Shown here piece after piece: positions 60,018-64,000 of a stretch of DNA of 64,000 nucleotides (position 1 is the first letter of the stretch; each line of letters begins with the position of its first letter). The stretch is taken from NCBI GenBank assembly GCA_046989265.1, contig JBKWUD010000004.1, forward strand, positions 780 through 64,779. The letters run 5' to 3'. Below the pieces are notes generated by a model. That model did no database searches. It saw only the letters and a program-made list of their open reading frames with translations, and was not told the DNA's origin. Origin of the DNA: Eubacterium sp. GTDB taxonomy: Bacteria; Bacillota; Clostridia; Oscillospirales; Acutalibacteraceae. Both the position numbers and the translations under genes were made by a program.

Positions 60018-60045
60018 ATATGCCAGCCGATTTAGGCTGGCATAT
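60018..60045. terminator. Hairpin between the tra operon and the convergent surface-protein operon
   Basis: atatgccagcc-gattta-ggctggcatat. Confidence 0.7.
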
Positions 60046-60080
60046 GATTAATTAACATTTTAAATGCAAAAATATTATGT

Positions 60081-60269
60081 TCATTTGGTACTATTTTCAT
60101 CTTTCAATAGAATAATTGCATCCTTGCAATCTTTTATTTTAGAACAATTTATTTCTGCTTGTGATTTTGATAATTCATTATGAATAGTTTGCCTTAATTC
60201 TGTTTCTATATCATCATTTAGAAATTTATTAAGGATATTTTTATCAATACGAATATTTATTTTTATCAC
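60081..60269 (-). CDS. Small hypothetical protein
   Basis: 62-aa ORF immediately after the LRR gene; weak RBS. Confidence 0.35.
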   Translation of the reverse strand: MIKINIRIDKNILNKFLNDDIETELRQTIHNELSKSQAEINCSKIKDCKDAIILLKDENSTK

Positions 60270-60276
60270 TCACTTT

Positions 60277-61374
60277 TTATTTCCAAGAAACATACAGTTC
60301 ATATAACGAGCCTGCACTTGTTGAAAAGAATTTAGCAATAATGTTCTGTTCATAATCTGATATTAATCCATCATCATTTAAATCATAGCAATAATTTTCA
60401 TCAGCATCTGAACCAATTGTATATTTAGTTAAGTAAGCATAATCCTTTCCGTTAACATATTCATCATTGATATAGTCAAATACAATTATTCCTATCGCAT
60501 TTGATTTAGAATTAATTTCATAATTTTTATATGGAATAATAAACGATGCATTTCTTGTTATAGCTGTTTTGCCATCTATAACAACATTTTGTCTGCTTCC
60601 CAAATCAACATCAAATTCAATTAATCCTTCTGAATCTGCATAGAAAGTACCATATTCATTTTCAAGATATCCTGTATGATATGGGATACCACCATTTGTC
60701 AAATCAACAGTGTCGTTATCTTTATTTAGCATAATTCCAACATAGCAATAAGCAGTTACAGTTTTATTTGTTGAAAAGTTAATTCTGTTTTCTTTTGCAT
60801 ATTCATATGCGTAATTGGATTTGGTATCTCCATAAAACATTACTTTTGAACACTTATTAAATGCATTAGGTCCTATAGCAGTTATAGAATCCGTATTTAA
60901 AAGGGTTCTTAGATTAACACATCCTGAAAATGCGTTTCTTCCAATAGTTATTTCATCAGAGGTCAGTTCAACAAATATTAACGATGAACAATTACTGAAA
61001 GATGTACTGTTAAGCAATTTTATACTATTAGGAAGGACTACATTTTCAATATTAGAATTTGAAAAGGAAACTGAATCAAGATAAATACAGTCCATTAAAT
61101 CAACTGTTCCGCTGACTTCCAAATTAGATAAAGATATAGATGATATATGTAATTTGCCATCTTCCATTTCATCCCATATAACTTCATATATAGATTCAGG
61201 TTCTTCAAAATTCCATTCTAAATAATCACAGTTATTACTGTAATTATAAATATTCTTAAGAGCCTGTATATCTTCTTCTGCATATATAGGTTCACTTGCA
61301 AAAGCACTGATATTTGTAAGTGATAAAACAATCAACAATGTGAGTAAAAAAGATGTTAACTTTTTAATTTTCAT
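60277..61374 (-). CDS. Secreted BspA-type LRR protein with a C-terminal dockerin/EF-hand-like pair
   Basis: Signal peptide (SAFA); IGRNAFSGC and IGPNAFNKC repeats; DYINDEYVNGKD and DLNDDGLISDYE. Confidence 0.75.
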   Translation of the reverse strand: MKIKKLTSFLLTLLIVLSLTNISAFASEPIYAEEDIQALKNIYNYSNNCDYLEWNFEEPESIYEVIWDEMEDGKLHISSISLSNLEVSGTVDLMDCIYLDSVSFSNSNIENVVLPNSIKLLNSTSFSNCSSLIFVELTSDEITIGRNAFSGCVNLRTLLNTDSITAIGPNAFNKCSKVMFYGDTKSNYAYEYAKENRINFSTNKTVTAYCYVGIMLNKDNDTVDLTNGGIPYHTGYLENEYGTFYADSEGLIEFDVDLGSRQNVVIDGKTAITRNASFIIPYKNYEINSKSNAIGIIVFDYINDEYVNGKDYAYLTKYTIGSDADENYCYDLNDDGLISDYEQNIIAKFFSTSAGSLYELYVSWK

Positions 61375-61438
61375 TTATAAACTCCTTGTCCAATTTAAGA
61401 TTTACAACAAAAAGAGCAGCTAATATTAAATCCGATAA

Positions 61439-61897
61439 TTAAAATAATTCATTTGAGAATAATGAATCAGACATTTTGAATGCTGCACCCTCGACTTTGC
61501 TATTAGCGAATTGAAGATAATAGCAATCATCTTCTCCGACACAAATAGTTCCGAAAATATCTTCAGTACTGTCATTATATACCGCTATAACATCAGCAAA
61601 AACCATTTTCATTTTAACATCAGGAACAGTTGCTTTCTTTTCTGCATCTAACAATTCGGTTATATCATTTTCTTCAAAGTCAATATCCATTTTAAAACCA
61701 TTATAGTCAACATATAACTTTTCAATGTTTTTTTCTTCATCTGTATTAGAGCTTTCAGATATGTCTGAATTATCATCGGTTACAATTTCATTCTTATTTC
61801 GAGAGGATGCTTCTTTTGGTGAAGATGTATCATTACTACAGGAAACGAATGTAAATGAAATAATGACACACATAATAATTAATAATACTTTTTTCAA
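61439..61897 (-). CDS. Lipoprotein
   Basis: Signal peptide ending FVSC; acidic/Ser-rich linker. Confidence 0.75.
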   Translation of the reverse strand: MKKVLLIIMCVIISFTFVSCSNDTSSPKEASSRNKNEIVTDDNSDISESSNTDEEKNIEKLYVDYNGFKMDIDFEENDITELLDAEKKATVPDVKMKMVFADVIAVYNDSTEDIFGTICVGEDDCYYLQFANSKVEGAAFKMSDSLFSNELF

Positions 61898-61921
61898 AAC
61901 TCTTCTCTTTTCTAATATTTT

Positions 61922-62452
61922 TTAATACCACTTTGTAATCCAACCTTCTTTATCTGTTGCAGGCGGGATTTCTTTTTTTGTGGTAGCTTCCGTTGTGGTA
62001 GTTGTTGTTTGTTTTTGTGTAGTAGTTGTAGTAGTATTAGGTTTTTTCTCTGATGTTGTTTCTTCAGGCTCAAACTCAATATCATTGTCAGCATTAGAAC
62101 TATCATCTGTTGATGATTTTTCTGTTGCAGATTTAGTTGTGCTGCTTGTATTATTTGTTACACTATCAATTGGCAGAACAGTTGTATGCTCGTTAGTAAC
62201 ATATGTACCGCCTTTTTTAGTTACTGTTTTACCATTTGGTTGTGTTTCAATTTCAGCAAATACACCTTGATGTTTTTCTGTTGTTGATACGCTGCCTTTA
62301 TCGTCAGTAACAGGCTCATAATAATAAGTCGTTCCATTACTGTCCGTAACAGCGGTAGTTGAAACATTTTCACTACCGCTGTTTGCAGAACAGGAAACAA
62401 AAATGCTGACAATTATAACTATTACTGAAATAATAAGTAATTGCTTTTTCAT
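61922..62452 (-). CDS. Thr/Ser-rich lipoprotein ending in GWITKWY
   Basis: Signal peptide MKKQLL...FVSC; VTDxxG repeats; low-complexity linkers; aromatic C-terminal motif. Confidence 0.8.
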   Translation of the reverse strand: MKKQLLIISVIVIIVSIFVSCSANSGSENVSTTAVTDSNGTTYYYEPVTDDKGSVSTTEKHQGVFAEIETQPNGKTVTKKGGTYVTNEHTTVLPIDSVTNNTSSTTKSATEKSSTDDSSNADNDIEFEPEETTSEKKPNTTTTTTQKQTTTTTTEATTKKEIPPATDKEGWITKWY

Positions 62453-62454
62453 AA

Positions 62455-62568
62455 TTATGCCCATGGTACAGGGATGTCAGTATCAGGCTCATTATCGCTT
62501 GTTGTGATTACATCAATAGTTTTAAATTCCTCAATATCCATTTGCGGCTTTGAATATAACTCTTTCAT
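62455..62568 (-). CDS. 37-aa precursor-like peptide MKELYSKPQMDIEEFKTIDVITTSDNEPDTDIPVPWA
   Basis: AGGAGGTG RBS; the 24-aa N-terminal region aligns without gaps to the neighbouring peptide. Not in the ORF track. Confidence 0.85.
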   Translation of the reverse strand: MKELYSKPQMDIEEFKTIDVITTSDNEPDTDIPVPWA

Positions 62569-62584
62569 TTTTTCACCTCCTAAA

Positions 62585-62701
62585 TTAATACCATTTATCT
62601 ATCCAGCCAGATGGTGTAAGTCCTATACCACTGGTAGTTATGACATCGGTTGTTTCAAATTCTTTGACTTCAGTAATTGGTTTTAAGTAGGTTTCTTTCA
62701 T
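62585..62701 (-). CDS. 38-aa precursor-like peptide MKETYLKPITEVKEFETTDVITTSGIGLTPSGWIDKWY
   Basis: Starts 2 nt after the LRR gene stop; GAAAGGG RBS; paralogous leader. Not in the ORF track. Confidence 0.85.
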   Translation of the reverse strand: MKETYLKPITEVKEFETTDVITTSGIGLTPSGWIDKWY

Positions 62702-62703
62702 TA

Positions 62704-63999
62704 TTAAGCTGCCCTTTCTAATAAATTCTTCACTTCGTCTTTTGTTTTCTGATCTATCGCATCGTCAGCAATGATTTTTTCTGCAACAAATTGGAAACTT
62801 CTTGTTACAACAGGAGAATAGAAATACATTCCGTCTATGCAGACATAGGCTCTTGCTGATATATCATTATAAATATAGTTACCGTGGATTCCTGTAAATA
62901 CAGCATTGTAGGTTGATACTGAACCATCAACATTTCTTTTAGCAGCAGATTTCACATATACCTTGCGGTTGTTTTCTCTTAAATAATCATTAATATCGTA
63001 CTTATTTGTATCTATCGATTCAAATGTATAAACAAAACCATAATCAATATTTTCAGCGTATTTTTTGAAATCAAAATCAATGGTATTTTCATCAAATGAA
63101 AATCCAAAACGCAAACCGTTATCTCGTGTGCGTATTTGTCCGCCTTTGCTTTGAGCGATTTTGTCACTGTTGATATGAGTATATGCATTTGCATAGCCAT
63201 TTCCGTCGGCAATGGCAAGTCCCGGTGTATAGAGAGGACTTATGAAGGTACATTTATAAGCAGAATAATCTTTTGGAAAGGATACATTCATAAGTCTGTC
63301 ACTGCAATATACGGATGCATTACTTGGAATAGCCGTACTGAAACTTTCTGCCATAGGTGCAAAAATCATTTTTAAATTGGTGCAGCCTTCAAAGAATGCA
63401 CCTAATTCTGTTGCTTTTGGAACATAAAGATTCTCAAGATTTTTACAGTTATAAAAAGCCTTGCTGCCGATAGTAGTTACATTGTTCAAAACAATATCCT
63501 GTGCAGCACATCCGTCAAAAGCATTTGCACCTGCTTTTGTACAGTTCGGAAGCTTTATGTTTTTGAAATATGTTCCTGCGAGTCCATTATCAGCAATTGT
63601 TTGAAGTTCGGAAAGTTCTAAATCCTGATTCAGTAATTCACAACCGAATAGAGCCTCACTGCTGATATATCTTACCTTTGATAAATCAATATCAGCGAGT
63701 TTACTACAGCCATAGAAACAGCGTTCATTTAAATTCTCGATACCATTTGCAGTTACTGATTTCAGATTTGTATTACTGAAAGCGTCATCACCGATGGTTG
63801 TAATTGTATCAGGTAAAATGATACTTTCAATATTGCTGTTGTTGAATACTTGCGGACCGATTTGTGCTGGCACAATTCCGTTTACTACGTCAGGAACAAC
63901 CACATCCATTTCATTACCGAGATATGCTTTTATAATGCCATCTCTGTCAATTACAAATTCGCTTTCATCTTCTTGTAAGATGTAATAATCAAGATAAGT
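62704..63999 (-). CDS. BspA-type LRR surface protein with a C-terminal beta-rich domain; 5' end outside the window
   Basis: The frame is open to the window edge; many IG..AF..C repeats; the C-domain reads GGQIR...GLRFGF...YG...YNAV...ARAY. Confidence 0.85.
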   Translation of the reverse strand, partial: TYLDYYILQEDESEFVIDRDGIIKAYLGNEMDVVVPDVVNGIVPAQIGPQVFNNSNIESIILPDTITTIGDDAFSNTNLKSVTANGIENLNERCFYGCSKLADIDLSKVRYISSEALFGCELLNQDLELSELQTIADNGLAGTYFKNIKLPNCTKAGANAFDGCAAQDIVLNNVTTIGSKAFYNCKNLENLYVPKATELGAFFEGCTNLKMIFAPMAESFSTAIPSNASVYCSDRLMNVSFPKDYSAYKCTFISPLYTPGLAIADGNGYANAYTHINSDKIAQSKGGQIRTRDNGLRFGFSFDENTIDFDFKKYAENIDYGFVYTFESIDTNKYDINDYLRENNRKVYVKSAAKRNVDGSVSTYNAVFTGIHGNYIYNDISARAYVCIDGMYFYSPVVTRSFQFVAEKIIADDAIDQKTKDEVKNLLERAA

Positions 64000-64000
64000 A

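Larger units (their letters stand above)
16500..64000. mobile_element. Integrative conjugative element (Firmicutes T4SS, MOB-P relaxase), probably inserted at the tRNA-Pro 3' end; right end outside the window
   Basis: parA/parB, adhesin, methylase-helicase, mobC-relaxase, virD4, virB2/4/6, prgI and NlpC/P60 begin right after the tRNA, with arm-site-like repeats at 16638-16710. Membership of the 60-64 kb region is inferred. Confidence 0.85.

Noticed and set aside
62455..62701. Classical lasso peptide cluster
   Set aside because: No B/C enzymes are in the window, and peptide 1 has no Asp/Glu at core positions 7-9. Kept only as RiPP-like.
16500..64000. Integrase, attR, prophage structural genes, reverse transcriptase or DGR
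   Set aside because: No matching motifs or second tRNA 3' fragment were seen by eye in this window.

Overview
A low-GC Firmicutes chromosome segment, most likely Clostridia (Oscillospirales or Eubacterium-like; this is inferred from the gene set). Positions 1-16.5 kb are host chromosome: the 3' part of glyQS, a DUF975 membrane protein, an IS3-family element inserted into a terminator, a frameshifted aph(3')-like pseudogene, an AT-rich dGTPase, an MFS/SDR/TetR cluster, a leader-peptide-attenuated GNAT/kinase pair, a spoIIE-like gene coupled to a degenerate glmS, an iron-containing ADH and tRNA-Pro(TGG) with an unusual leader. From about 16.5 kb to beyond the window end lies an integrative conjugative element (ICE), apparently inserted at tRNA-Pro. 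It encodes ParA/ParB, a thioester adhesin, a 3067-aa methylase-helicase, Dcm, a Toprim protein, a HipA-like toxin-antitoxin pair, MobC/relaxase, VirD4, VirB2/B4/B6, PrgI, sortase B, a PAPS-reductase-like protein and an NlpC/P60 hydrolase, interrupted by AT-rich minus-strand cargo. No integrase or far att site is visible in the window. The most notable observations are: (1) two unannotated 37-38-aa peptides with a shared YxKP...DVITTS leader, one of which ends in the same GWIxKWY motif as the adjacent lipoprotein, inside an LRR surface-protein operon; (2) a TnpV-like gene with its own promoter and RBS nested out of frame inside the giant helicase; (3) a P-loop NTPase plus membrane-protein cargo pair that is a defence candidate; (4) a ~110-bp element duplicated at two cargo slots; (5) an in-frame structured insertion in the helicase; and (6) ATA/ATC start codons on several ICE genes. 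All family assignments come from motif recognition, not from database searches.
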